64,000 nt of DNA from NCBI GenBank assembly GCA_964640635.1, contig CAZXFD010000001.1, forward strand, positions 248,306-312,305, given 5' to 3'. The notes below the pieces were generated by a model. It saw nothing but the letters and a program-made list of their open reading frames with translations, was not told the origin of the DNA and did not search any database. How positions within the stretch are numbered: position 1 is the stretch's first letter; each line of letters begins with the position of its first letter. This DNA is from an uncultured Gammaproteobacteria bacterium. Lineage in GTDB: Bacteria; Patescibacteriota; Patescibacteriia; UBA1558; S5-K13. Made by a program: the position numbers and the translations under genes. Positions 1 to 10,140 of the stretch are shown piece after piece.

Positions 1-768
1 ATTACCAAGTCTAATAGCTCTCATATTGGTTCCTGTTTTAGTATTGTTGAGATCTTGACAGCTTTATATTTTGAAATATTAAATATTAATCCAAATGATC
101 CTTATAATGAAAATAGGGATATTTTTGTTTTAAGCAAGGGACATGCAGCAGTCTCTCTTTACGCGACTTTAGCAGAGGCGGGGTTCATTTCAAAAGAAAG
201 GCTTAGTGAATATGCTCAAAACGGAAGTATTCTGTGTGGTCACATTATAAAGAAAAGCCTCCCTGGTATAGAAGTCTCGTCTGGTTCTTTAGGGCACGGA
301 CTTTCAATTGTAGCTGGAATGGCATGGGCTTCTAAAAAAAATAATGATAATAGAAAATTTTATTGTATTCTAGGAGATGGAGAGTGCAATGAAGGATCTG
401 TTTGGGAAGCCGTAATGTTTGCTACACAAAATAAATTAGATAATCTTACTATAATTATTGATTTTAATAATCAGCAAGGAATGGGAGATGCAACGAAAAT
501 TATTGATCAAACAAATATTTGTGAACGCTTAGATGCTTTTGGTTGTAATGCAAAAATTATTGATGGACATAGTTTTTTAGAAATATTAAAAGTATTTGAT
601 AAGAAGAATATAGAAAAACCGAGGGCTATCGTATTAAAAACTATAAAAGGTAAAGGTGTTTCATTTATGGAAAATTCAATAGATTGGCACTATAAGACTC
701 CAAATTCAGAACAGTATGAACTTGCAAAAAAAGAATTATTATCACAACAATCATGCGAAATACAATAA
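1..768 (+). CDS. Transketolase N-terminal (TPP-binding) subunit, 5'-partial
   Basis: Frame is open from base 1 (ITKSNSSHIGSCFS...). Motifs LSKGHAA, GSLGHGL, GDGECNEG (TPP motif) and TIKGKG. Confidence 0.9.
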   Translation: MTKSNSSHIGSCFSIVEILTALYFEILNINPNDPYNENRDIFVLSKGHAAVSLYATLAEAGFISKERLSEYAQNGSILCGHIIKKSLPGIEVSSGSLGHGLSIVAGMAWASKKNNDNRKFYCILGDGECNEGSVWEAVMFATQNKLDNLTIIIDFNNQQGMGDATKIIDQTNICERLDAFGCNAKIIDGHSFLEILKVFDKKNIEKPRAIVLKTIKGKGVSFMENSIDWHYKTPNSEQYELAKKELLSQQSCEIQ

Positions 769-1685
769 TTAATGAAATTTATAAATCTGCAGAAAATAAT
801 CCAAATATAATCTTGCTTATAGCTGATTTAGGATATTCTGCTGTTGAAAAATTTATAGAAAAATTTCCAAATCAATTTTTAAATGTTGGAATAGCAGAAC
901 AAAACGCAATGGGCATAGCAGCAGGACTAGCACTAAGTGGGAAAAAAGTTTTTGTTTATAGTATTGTGCCCTTTGTTACAATGCGTTGTTTTGAACAAAT
1001 AAGAGTTGATATTTGCTACCAGAATTTGGACGTAACAATTATAGGTGTTGGTGCTGGGTTTGCTTATGGTACTTTAGGTGTTACTCATTATGGTTTAGAA
1101 GATATTTCCATTATGAGATCTTTACCAAATATGAAAATTATGTGCCCATCTGATCCATTAGAGACAAAATATATTTTTGAAAAAGTAATAAAAATAGGTG
1201 GACCTTCTTATATACGCATAAATAGGGGCGGAGAGCAGGAAATATATGATAAAGAAATTAATCAATCAATAATTAATAACCAAGAGATTATAAGGGTTAT
1301 AGGAGAAAAGGATGATGAAATTTCTATATTAGCTAGTGGAAATATATTAGGAGAGGCAAAAATAGCAGTAGATATTTTAAGAGAAAATAATATAAAAATA
1401 TCCCTTTACAGTTGCCCATTTATTAAACCAATGAATAAAAAAGAGTTATTATCAGAGATTAAAAATAAAAAAATAGTTTTTACCGTTGAAGAAAATACTA
1501 TTATTGGTGGTTTTGGCTCTTCAATTGCAGAATTTATAACAGAAGAAAATTTAAATATCGGATTAATAAGAATAGGGGTAAATGATGAGTATTGTAAGTT
1601 TATAGGTAAACAAGACTATATGAGAGATATAAATAATTTATCCAGTGATAAAATTATAAAAAATATAATCAAATATATTAATTAG
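753..1685 (+). CDS. Transketolase C-terminal (pyrimidine-binding) subunit
   Basis: Motifs NVGIAEQNAMGIAAGLA, FEQIRVD, GVTHY, TVEEN..GGFGS; overlaps the N-terminal subunit gene. Confidence 0.9.
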   Translation: MRNTIINEIYKSAENNPNIILLIADLGYSAVEKFIEKFPNQFLNVGIAEQNAMGIAAGLALSGKKVFVYSIVPFVTMRCFEQIRVDICYQNLDVTIIGVGAGFAYGTLGVTHYGLEDISIMRSLPNMKIMCPSDPLETKYIFEKVIKIGGPSYIRINRGGEQEIYDKEINQSIINNQEIIRVIGEKDDEISILASGNILGEAKIAVDILRENNIKISLYSCPFIKPMNKKELLSEIKNKKIVFTVEENTIIGGFGSSIAEFITEENLNIGLIRIGVNDEYCKFIGKQDYMRDINNLSSDKIIKNIIKYIN

Positions 1686-1686
1686 A

Positions 1687-2565
1687 ATGAAAATTTTTTT
1701 AACAGGCGGTAGTTCCTTTATAGGAAAAAATTTTATAGAGAAGTTCTCTAGAAAGTATGATTTATATTTTCCTACGCATCAGGAATTAAATTTAGAAGAT
1801 GCAGAATCTGTATTTAAATATTTAAAGGATAATTGTTTTGATATTGTATTACACGTGGCTAGCGCTGGAACAACTAGAAAAGATGTGGGGTTGTCAGATA
1901 TCTATTTTAAGAATCAAAAAATGTTTTTTAATTTAATTAGAGGAAAACAATTCTTTAATAGAATGGTTGTTATTGGTTCAGGAGCAGAATATGATAAAAG
2001 AAGAAGTATTATAGACATAGAAGAGGATCAATTTGATAATTTAATACCAATTGATCAATATAGTTTTTCAAAGTACTCAATGGCAAAATATGCTCAAAAC
2101 GTTGACTTCATTACACACTTAAGACCATTTGCTGTTTATGGCAAATATGAAGATTATCAAACTAGGTTTATATCAAATTCTATATGCAAAGCTCTTATGG
2201 ATTTACCAATTACAATAAAGCAAAATGTTTATTTTGATTATCTTTATATAAATGATTTTATAAATATATTAGATTATTTTATAGAAAATAATTCAAAGCA
2301 AATTTTTTACAATATTGCTAGAGGAAAAAAGATAGACTTGGTTTCTATTGCAAAGAAAATTTTATTAATAGTAAAAAAAGATTTGCCAATTATTATTAAT
2401 AAAGATGGATTGAATAATGAATATACTAGCAATATCAATAGATTAAAAGAAGAAATAAAAAATCTACAATACACTGATTTTGATAAGAGTATTGAAGATC
2501 TAATTTCTTATTATGAAAATATTTTACCACAATTAGATAAAGAATTATTTTTAAAAGATGTATAA
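1687..2565 (+). CDS. NAD-dependent epimerase/dehydratase/reductase (extended SDR)
   Basis: TGGSSFIG Rossmann motif, GSGAEY, catalytic YSFSK. Confidence 0.85.
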   Translation: MKIFLTGGSSFIGKNFIEKFSRKYDLYFPTHQELNLEDAESVFKYLKDNCFDIVLHVASAGTTRKDVGLSDIYFKNQKMFFNLIRGKQFFNRMVVIGSGAEYDKRRSIIDIEEDQFDNLIPIDQYSFSKYSMAKYAQNVDFITHLRPFAVYGKYEDYQTRFISNSICKALMDLPITIKQNVYFDYLYINDFINILDYFIENNSKQIFYNIARGKKIDLVSIAKKILLIVKKDLPIIINKDGLNNEYTSNINRLKEEIKNLQYTDFDKSIEDLISYYENILPQLDKELFLKDV

Positions 2566-3877
2566 AAATATGAACAAAGAATTAAAAGAATTATTAACTA
2601 AAGAATATCAAGAAAAATTTCAGGAAAAAGATTTTATTCCAGGGGTGACTTCTATCCCTGTGTCTGGAAAGTCTTTTAATCAAGAAGAAATTATTTTAAT
2701 GACAGAAGCGGTTCTAGACGCCTGGTGGACAGAGGGTAGATTTACAGGTGAATTTGAAAGTAAATTTGCAAATTATTTTAATAAAAAATATTGCATTACA
2801 GTAAATTCTGGTTCTTCGGCAAATTTGCTCGCACTTACTGCACTATGTTCAAGTAAGATTTCTGAAGAAAAAAGATTGAATCCTGGTGATGAGGTTATTA
2901 CGGTTGCAGCAGGATTTCCAACAACAATAAATCCAATAATTCAAAATGGACTTATTCCAGTTTTTTGTGATGTTGAACTTCAGACATACAATATAGACAT
3001 TGAAGAAATAAAAAAAGCTATTAATTCAAAAACAAAAGCAATTTTTATTGCTCATACACTTGGTAATCCATACAATCTAAATGAAATTGTAAAAATATGT
3101 AGCGATAATAATTTATGGTTAATAGAGGATAATTGTGATGCGCTGGGATCAAAATTTGACAATAAATTAACAGGAACATTTGGACATATTTCTACATTTA
3201 GTTTTTATCCAGCCCATCATATTACGATGGGTGAGGGTGGTGCTATTGTAACTGATGATCTAATGCTAAATAAAATCATTAGGTCTTTACGTGATTGGGG
3301 AAGAGATTGTTGGTGTAAAACGGGTCATGATAATACATGCAAAAACAGATATAATTGGCAACTTGGAAATTTACCACTTGGCTATGATCATAAATATATT
3401 TATAGTGAGCTAGGTTATAATTTAAAAATTACAGAAATGCAAGGTGCTCTTGGCTTAGCACAAATGAATAAATTAGAAAGTTTCACAAATAAAAGAAAAG
3501 AGAATTTTAATCTTTTATATGATGGTCTAAAGCAATTTGAAGATTATTTTATACTTCCGCAAAAACATGAATTAGCTGATCCAAGCTGGTTTGGACTTCT
3601 TCTAACAATAAAAGACAATGTTAAATTTACCAGAACAGATATTCTAAGGTTTTTAGAGGAAAAGAAAATAGGAACAAGACTCCTTTTTGCTGGTAATATT
3701 ATTAAGCAACCGTATTTTGTTGATAATAAATTTAATTACAGAATTGTAGGAGATCTAAAAAATACAGATAAAATAATGAATGATACTTTTTGGATAGGAG
3801 TTTATCCCTTGATAAATGAAGAAATGATAAATTACACAATTAATTGTTTTAAAGATTTTACCCAGAAATATGAATAA
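2558..3877 (+). CDS. rfbH: CDP-4-keto-6-deoxy-D-glucose 3-dehydrase (RfbH/DdhC)
   Basis: NSGSSANLLA, EDNCDALG, FYPAHHITMGEGG (His replaces the Schiff-base Lys), DWGRDCWC Fe-S motif, GYDHKY. Confidence 0.93.
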   Translation: MYKNMNKELKELLTKEYQEKFQEKDFIPGVTSIPVSGKSFNQEEIILMTEAVLDAWWTEGRFTGEFESKFANYFNKKYCITVNSGSSANLLALTALCSSKISEEKRLNPGDEVITVAAGFPTTINPIIQNGLIPVFCDVELQTYNIDIEEIKKAINSKTKAIFIAHTLGNPYNLNEIVKICSDNNLWLIEDNCDALGSKFDNKLTGTFGHISTFSFYPAHHITMGEGGAIVTDDLMLNKIIRSLRDWGRDCWCKTGHDNTCKNRYNWQLGNLPLGYDHKYIYSELGYNLKITEMQGALGLAQMNKLESFTNKRKENFNLLYDGLKQFEDYFILPQKHELADPSWFGLLLTIKDNVKFTRTDILRFLEEKKIGTRLLFAGNIIKQPYFVDNKFNYRIVGDLKNTDKIMNDTFWIGVYPLINEEMINYTINCFKDFTQKYE

Positions 3878-4808
3878 TACAATTTTGAGCATATGTATTC
3901 CTACATATAATAGGGCGCAATATCTAAAGAAAACTCTTACTAGTATTGTTTCTCAATTTAAAAATGAAGATATTCGTAGACAAGTTGAAATTGTTATTTC
4001 TGACAATGCAAGTGAGGATAATACTAGGGAAGTGGTTGAAGAATTTAAAAATAGATTTGAAAATGTTAAATATTTTAGAAATAACAAAAATCTTGGTTTT
4101 GACAGAAATCTTTATAATGCAATAAGAAAGTCAGAAGGGCTTTTTTGTTGGACGCTAAATGATGACAAAATTTTGAATTCAAATGCACTTGATTACATGT
4201 TGAATATTTTAAAAAGCAATCAGACTATTGGATTTTTTTGTGTCAATCAAGATATCCCTTTTTCTGAAAGTAGGGAAAAAATATTTCAAAATGGAAATTA
4301 TTGGTTAAAAGAAATGGGCTTAACTGGTGGAAGATTGTCCCAGTGTATTTTAAAAAAAGATTGTATACCAACCGATGTTCAAAAATATTTTGGTAATTAT
4401 TGGTTTCATTTTTCAATTGCATTAGAAATAATAAAAGATAAGCCAGTCTTATTTATAAGGAATGTTTTAGAGAAAGACGATGATAATAGAATCTGTCGTT
4501 GGGCAGAAAATGGAGCTACGTTAACAGTTTTTATTGAGTTGAAAAATATTGTTAATAATTTAATAAATTTTGGATATGAACCAGAAGTAATTAAAGATAT
4601 TTGTACTAGTATGGCAAAGAATTTACCTAGACAGATGATTACCGCAAAAATTTATGGGTTAAAAATTAATTTTAAAGGATTGAGAATATTAATAAAGAAT
4701 TTTTATAAATACCCAATTTATTTGTTTATATCAATATTTATATTTTTTACTCCATCTTTTGTTTTTAAATTTTTGAAAAAAATGAAAAAGTTTTTAAATA
4801 ATAAATAA
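3870..4808 (+). CDS. GT2 glycosyltransferase (RfbV/abequosyltransferase-like)
   Basis: LSICIPTYNR, ISDNASEDNT, NLGFDRN; directly follows rfbH. Confidence 0.8.
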   Translation: MNNTILSICIPTYNRAQYLKKTLTSIVSQFKNEDIRRQVEIVISDNASEDNTREVVEEFKNRFENVKYFRNNKNLGFDRNLYNAIRKSEGLFCWTLNDDKILNSNALDYMLNILKSNQTIGFFCVNQDIPFSESREKIFQNGNYWLKEMGLTGGRLSQCILKKDCIPTDVQKYFGNYWFHFSIALEIIKDKPVLFIRNVLEKDDDNRICRWAENGATLTVFIELKNIVNNLINFGYEPEVIKDICTSMAKNLPRQMITAKIYGLKINFKGLRILIKNFYKYPIYLFISIFIFFTPSFVFKFLKKMKKFLNNK

Positions 4809-4814
4809 AATCTT

Positions 4815-5870
4815 ATGAATAATGAATCTAAATTAGTGGTGTTTGATATTGATGTTCCTGAGCTTTTAAATAATAAAGTTTTTGATCCTAGTGAAGCAAC
4901 TAAGATAAGCCATACATATTTACCAACATGTTATTTATTCAATGAGGCTAAAAATAATGGTATTGATTTTATTACCCCAGATGTATATTTTAGTCTTTCA
5001 GAAAAACCTAAAAAAGTATTTATGATAACCCATTTAAAATCTACTTACACTAGTAAGCTCATAGAAGCAGGCGTTGTACCACTTATTTTAACATGCCAAG
5101 AATCGCCATTTATTGCAACTAGATTTTATATGGGGTTAAAAAAATATTCTGCTAAATTTAAGTATTCATTTGTTTTTTCTGGTATGAAAAAAATGCTTAG
5201 TAATAAAACTATTTATAAGCAGATGTTTTTTCCTGAATCATATAGTTCGATTAACGAAAACCCTTTGGATTATAAAGATAGGCTGTTTTTGGTTGTAATA
5301 AGTAGTGCAAAGGGTGTTGGAAGTTTGATAAAGTCTGTGTTATTAAAATTAATTTATGGATTTGGAGTCAAAGAGATTTATCCAGAAAGAAGAAGGTCTA
5401 TTAAGTTTTTTTCACAAAAACAAGGGTTTGACTTGTATGGTTTTGGTTGGGATAAAGCAAATTTCAAAGATTTAAAAAGAGAGGATATAGATAAATGTTA
5501 TCGTGGTACAGTTATAGATAAAGTTAAAACACTTAGTCAATATAAATTTGTTTTATGTTTTGAGAACGCTATTTTTCCAGGATATATTACTGAAAAGATT
5601 TTTGATCCAATGTTCGCTGGTTGTGTGCCAGTATATTTTGGTGCACCTGATATAGAAAAATATGTTGATAAGGAAGCTTTCATTAATTTTGCAAATTTTA
5701 AAAATTATGATGCTCTTTATGAATATTTATTAGTCATTGATGAAAATCAATACAATAATTATCTGAGTAATATAAAAAAATATTTAAACTCTGAAAATTA
5801 TAAAAAGTTCACTCAAGAATACTATGCTAAACAGTGCTTAGATATTATAACACAAGAATTTCAAAAATAA
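4815..5870 (+). CDS. GT10 family (alpha-1,3/4-fucosyltransferase-like) glycosyltransferase
   Basis: YKFVLCFEN...GYITEKIFD...GCVPVYFG is the GT10 motif. Confidence 0.85.
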   Translation: MNNESKLVVFDIDVPELLNNKVFDPSEATKISHTYLPTCYLFNEAKNNGIDFITPDVYFSLSEKPKKVFMITHLKSTYTSKLIEAGVVPLILTCQESPFIATRFYMGLKKYSAKFKYSFVFSGMKKMLSNKTIYKQMFFPESYSSINENPLDYKDRLFLVVISSAKGVGSLIKSVLLKLIYGFGVKEIYPERRRSIKFFSQKQGFDLYGFGWDKANFKDLKREDIDKCYRGTVIDKVKTLSQYKFVLCFENAIFPGYITEKIFDPMFAGCVPVYFGAPDIEKYVDKEAFINFANFKNYDALYEYLLVIDENQYNNYLSNIKKYLNSENYKKFTQEYYAKQCLDIITQEFQK

Positions 5871-6811
5871 TGCCAAAAATTACAATAGCCATTACAACTT
5901 ACAACAGAAGGGAATATCTATTGAGTTCCATCAGGAGTATTTTAAATCAAGCATTCCAGGATTTTAAAATTATTGTTTTTGATAGTGGTAGTGACTATGA
6001 TATAGATAAATTTATCAAAGACTTTGATGATTCTAGAATATATTTAGAAAAGAGCTCAGAAAAAATAGATAGTTTCAATAATTTTAAAAGAGTTTTTAAT
6101 TTTGGATATGAATCAGAATATTTAATGGTTTTTCATGATGATGATGTTATGCATCCAAAACTTTTAGAAACAGAGGTTGGGATAATGGAAAGAAATAAGA
6201 GCTTAATTTGGGTTGGATCTGGATTATCTTTTGTCAGTGATAACTCTAAAATGAATTGTTTCAAGGATAAGTTAAGACTAAAACTTGAAGAAGTATATGA
6301 TACAAAAAATTTAATAAGATTGATTTTAAAAAACTTTCACTTAGCTTATGATAGTGTTGTGTATAGAGTTGTCTATATTGAAGATATAAGTCCGTTTTTT
6401 AAAAAATTTGACAAATGGAATGATAGGCCATTTTTAATTGAATTATCGAAAAAAGGGAAGGTAGCAATTACAAGAGAATCTCTTGTTAATTATAGAATAC
6501 ATAAAAATCAAGATTCACAGGGTAATAATAGTGATAAATTAATTTATTTAATAAATTTATTTAATTTTTATAAAGAAAACTTATCTGTTATTGAAAGCCC
6601 AGAAGATAAAAAGTTATTTTATTCTTGGTCTATTAATAATAGTATATTATCAGCTATCAGTTTTTCAGGAAGTTTTAAGGAATATATTAACTCAATAAAA
6701 GAATTTAAAAAACAAGAACTATTTAAATTTAGTTACGTTAATTTGAAAGGTTTAATTTATTTTATAAAAGCGTTATTTGTCTTAGTCAAAAGAGAATTTA
6801 TAAAAAAATAA
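5870..6811 (+). CDS. GT2 glycosyltransferase
   Basis: Start reassigned to the ATG overlapping the upstream stop (TAATG). Motifs ITIAITTYNR, FDSGS, HDDD, YRIH. Confidence 0.85.
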   Translation: MPKITIAITTYNRREYLLSSIRSILNQAFQDFKIIVFDSGSDYDIDKFIKDFDDSRIYLEKSSEKIDSFNNFKRVFNFGYESEYLMVFHDDDVMHPKLLETEVGIMERNKSLIWVGSGLSFVSDNSKMNCFKDKLRLKLEEVYDTKNLIRLILKNFHLAYDSVVYRVVYIEDISPFFKKFDKWNDRPFLIELSKKGKVAITRESLVNYRIHKNQDSQGNNSDKLIYLINLFNFYKENLSVIESPEDKKLFYSWSINNSILSAISFSGSFKEYINSIKEFKKQELFKFSYVNLKGLIYFIKALFVLVKREFIKK

Positions 6812-6820
6812 GTACTATTT

Positions 6821-7741
6821 ATGTCGTTAATAATTTTAACAAAATCTCCTATAATAAATATATTATCACTTGAATTTTATAAGAATATTATAAAGAGACT
6901 AACTTATCGTACACGTGGACCACAAGCAGTCATACAAAGCCTTATAACTGGCTTAGATGAGATAGGATTTGAATATAAACTAAATCCAAATATTCAAGGT
7001 ATTAACGAAAATTCTACTGTGTGGGTTAACGAGAGTATAGAAACATTAAAATTTGCTATTGGTTTAAAGAAGCTTAAAAGAATAAAAAAATTAATCGTAG
7101 GACCAAATATTGTTATAACGCCAGATGATAAAGATAAAATTATTCAAGATGACAACATAGATATTTGTTTGGTGCCATCACAATGGGTCAAAGATTTTTA
7201 TAGCTGTTTTGGGACAAATGAATTCAAGAATAGGTTAAAAATTTGGGCAGCGGGTGTGTTACTTAAAGAAATAATAGAAAATAGTGATGAATTATGTTTG
7301 GTTTACAAAAAAGATATAAATTATGAAGTTTTTAAAATGGTTGTAGATGAGTTGACAAAAAGAAATCTGAAATACAAAATCATAGAATATGGAAAATATA
7401 GGAGAGAGGATTATTTTAAGCTTTTAAATGAATCTAAATTCATGATTTATCTTCAAAGCATTGAGAGCCAAGGTATTGCGATGTTTGAGGCATGGGAAAG
7501 GGATGTTCCAACTTTAATTTATCTTAATAATACATATATAAACAAAAATGTTAGTATATTTGGGAATATCTCAGCTCCTTATTTAAGTAATCAATCAGGC
7601 ATGTTCTTTGACTATAATAATTTCAATCAAAAATTAGATCATTTAATTAATAATATTGATAATTTTCAACCGAGAGAATACATTAAACAAAACTTTACTA
7701 ATAAATTATGCGCAGAAAAGTTTTTAGAATTAATTAAATAA
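6821..7741 (+). CDS. Putative GT-B glycosyltransferase
   Basis: LVPSQWV and ESQGIAMFEAW...VP resemble the GT-B EX7E motif; cluster context. Confidence 0.65.
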   Translation: MSLIILTKSPIINILSLEFYKNIIKRLTYRTRGPQAVIQSLITGLDEIGFEYKLNPNIQGINENSTVWVNESIETLKFAIGLKKLKRIKKLIVGPNIVITPDDKDKIIQDDNIDICLVPSQWVKDFYSCFGTNEFKNRLKIWAAGVLLKEIIENSDELCLVYKKDINYEVFKMVVDELTKRNLKYKIIEYGKYRREDYFKLLNESKFMIYLQSIESQGIAMFEAWERDVPTLIYLNNTYINKNVSIFGNISAPYLSNQSGMFFDYNNFNQKLDHLINNIDNFQPREYIKQNFTNKLCAEKFLELIK

Positions 7742-7749
7742 TTATATAA

Positions 7750-8478
7750 ATGAAAAATATTATTAAAAAAATAATTAAATTTATATTATTTCCATTTATT
7801 CTTTTTGATTATATAAAATTTTATAAGATAAAAGATAATCGTTTTATTTTTAATCTAAAAGATGCCTATCCTTGCATAAAAGATAAAACAATAAAAACAG
7901 GATTTGATAGGCATTATGTATATCATACTGCCTGGGCAGCTAGAAAAGTAAAAGAAATAAATCCTGAGTTTCACATTGATATTTCTTCAAGTTTATATTT
8001 TGCTAGTATTGTGTCTGCATTTATTCCAGTAAAATTTTATGATTATAGACCAGCAAATATAGAACTATCTAATATGGAGAGCTTATGTGGAAATTTAATG
8101 AGTTTGCCATTTGAAAGTAATAGTATTAGATCTCTGTCTTGTATGCATGTAGTAGAGCATATTGGTCTAGGTCGTTATGGGGATAAAATTGATTCATCTG
8201 GTGATTTAAAGGCTATAAATGAGTTAAAGAGAGTTTTGGCAGTGAATGGATCTTTATTGTTTGTAGTACCTATGGGAAAAACTTCTAAAATAGAATTTAA
8301 CGCTCATAGAATTTATATATTCAAACAAATAAAGGAATATTTTTCAGATTTAGAATTAAAAGAATTTTCTTTAATTCCAGAAAAAAATGGTTCCATAATA
8401 TATAATGTAACAGAAAGTGACGTAAATAAAGAAAATTATGCTTGTGGATGTTTTTGGTTTATAAAAAAAATCATATGA
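7750..8478 (+). CDS. DUF268-like / SAM-dependent methyltransferase-fold protein
   Basis: FDRHYVYH.AWA, SLSCMHVVEHIGLGRYGD, FNAHRIY. Confidence 0.75.
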   Translation: MKNIIKKIIKFILFPFILFDYIKFYKIKDNRFIFNLKDAYPCIKDKTIKTGFDRHYVYHTAWAARKVKEINPEFHIDISSSLYFASIVSAFIPVKFYDYRPANIELSNMESLCGNLMSLPFESNSIRSLSCMHVVEHIGLGRYGDKIDSSGDLKAINELKRVLAVNGSLLFVVPMGKTSKIEFNAHRIYIFKQIKEYFSDLELKEFSLIPEKNGSIIYNVTESDVNKENYACGCFWFIKKII

Positions 8479-9326
8479 CAACAATAAAACTAAAGGGTGG
8501 TCTTGGTAATCAATTATTTCAATATTCATTCGGAAGATTTTTGTCTATAAAAATAAATGAAGAGGTAAAATTGGATGCAAGTAGTTTAAGTGGTCCAAAA
8601 GACACGCCCAGAACTTATGCTCTAGATGTTTTTAACATTTATTTAAAAATGGCAACAAATATTGAAATTGAAAAAACTAAATATCCTTATGGTTTTTTAT
8701 CTAAGATTTTTAGAATTATCAATCAAAAGGTATTAAAAAGATATAATATTGGATATGATGAATATCTATTGAAATCAAGATCAAAATATTTTGAAGGATA
8801 TTTTCAAAGCTATAAATATTTAGATCCAATCAGAGATGTGTTGTTAACAGAAATTACTCTAAAAGAATCAATAGAAGATAAGTGTAAAGAAGTTTTAGAA
8901 AATATTAAAAAATCAAATTCAGTATCAATTCACATAAGACGTGGAGATTATGTAAATGATGAAAAAACAAAACAAGCTCATAATGTTTGTGATTTAGAAT
9001 ATTATAAAAAAGCTATTAATATTATTAATGACAAAATTGAAAATCCGGTATTTTTTATTTTTTCAGATGATATAAATTGGGTAAGGGAAAATTTGAAAAT
9101 AAATGCTGAAACTCATTATGTTTCAAATGAAGCCATAAAAGATTTTGAAGAACTTATCATTATGAGTAAATGTTATAATAATATTATTGCAAATTCTAGT
9201 TTTAGTTTTTGGGGTGCATGGCTTAATCAAAATGAAAATAAAATTGTTATTGCCCCAGGAAAATGGCACAATAAACTGGACTATGAATACAAAGACTTAT
9301 TACCAGGGTCATGGATAAAAATATAA
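8475..9326 (+). CDS. GT11 alpha-1,2-fucosyltransferase-like
   Basis: GGLGNQLFQY, HIRRGDY, FSDD, NSSFSFWGAWL. Start reassigned to the ATGA overlap. Confidence 0.92.
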   Translation: MTTIKLKGGLGNQLFQYSFGRFLSIKINEEVKLDASSLSGPKDTPRTYALDVFNIYLKMATNIEIEKTKYPYGFLSKIFRIINQKVLKRYNIGYDEYLLKSRSKYFEGYFQSYKYLDPIRDVLLTEITLKESIEDKCKEVLENIKKSNSVSIHIRRGDYVNDEKTKQAHNVCDLEYYKKAINIINDKIENPVFFIFSDDINWVRENLKINAETHYVSNEAIKDFEELIIMSKCYNNIIANSSFSFWGAWLNQNENKIVIAPGKWHNKLDYEYKDLLPGSWIKI

Positions 9327-9331
9327 ACTAT

Positions 9332-10108
9332 ATGTCCAAAGTAAGTATCATAATAATCACATACAATAGAGAAGAATTTATCAAAGAAGCTATTGAAAGT
9401 GTTTTATTTCAATCATTTCGAGATTGGCAACTAATAATCATTGATGATGGATCAGATGACAAAACAAAAGAGCTTGTTAAGGAGTATTTAAATATAGGTC
9501 TTAATATCAAATATGTTAGAAATGAAAAAAGATTAGGTATTTCAAAGGCTAGAAATTTAGCATTATCGCTATGTGAAAGTAAATATATAGCGGTATTAGA
9601 TAGTGATGACCTGTGGTGTGATAGTGAAAAATTACAAAAACAAGTTGATTTTTTGGAAAAAAATAAAGAATATGCACTTGTTGCTACAAATGCAATTTTT
9701 ATAAATAATAGAGGAGAAAGCATTAAAAAATCAAATATAAGACTAACTGACAAAAATATACGAAAGTGTATTTTGTTAAGAAATCAATTTTTTCATTCAA
9801 GCGTAATGTTTAGAAATGATATTTTCAAAATTTTAAGTGGTTATGATGAAAGTTTAAAAATAGGTGAAGATTATGATTTGTTTTTAAGGATCGGTAAAAA
9901 ATATAAATTTGCCAACATAAAAGATTATTGTATTAAATATAGGGTTCACAATAATAGTATTTGTGTTTCAGATAAAATATGCGCATCGCATGATACTCAA
10001 AATATTATAAAAAAATATAGGACCTATTATCCTAATTATTTTTTTGCACTTATTAAATCTTATTTACGAATTCTTTTAGCTTATTTATCTAAATTTTTAT
10101 CCCGCTAA
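9332..10108 (+). CDS. GT2 glycosyltransferase
   Basis: VSIIIITYNR, IDDGSDD, ARN, LDSDD, EDYDL. Confidence 0.9.
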   Translation: MSKVSIIIITYNREEFIKEAIESVLFQSFRDWQLIIIDDGSDDKTKELVKEYLNIGLNIKYVRNEKRLGISKARNLALSLCESKYIAVLDSDDLWCDSEKLQKQVDFLEKNKEYALVATNAIFINNRGESIKKSNIRLTDKNIRKCILLRNQFFHSSVMFRNDIFKILSGYDESLKIGEDYDLFLRIGKKYKFANIKDYCIKYRVHNNSICVSDKICASHDTQNIIKKYRTYYPNYFFALIKSYLRILLAYLSKFLSR

Positions 10109-10140
10109 ACAATTAATCTGTTATCCTATTAAGCAATTAA

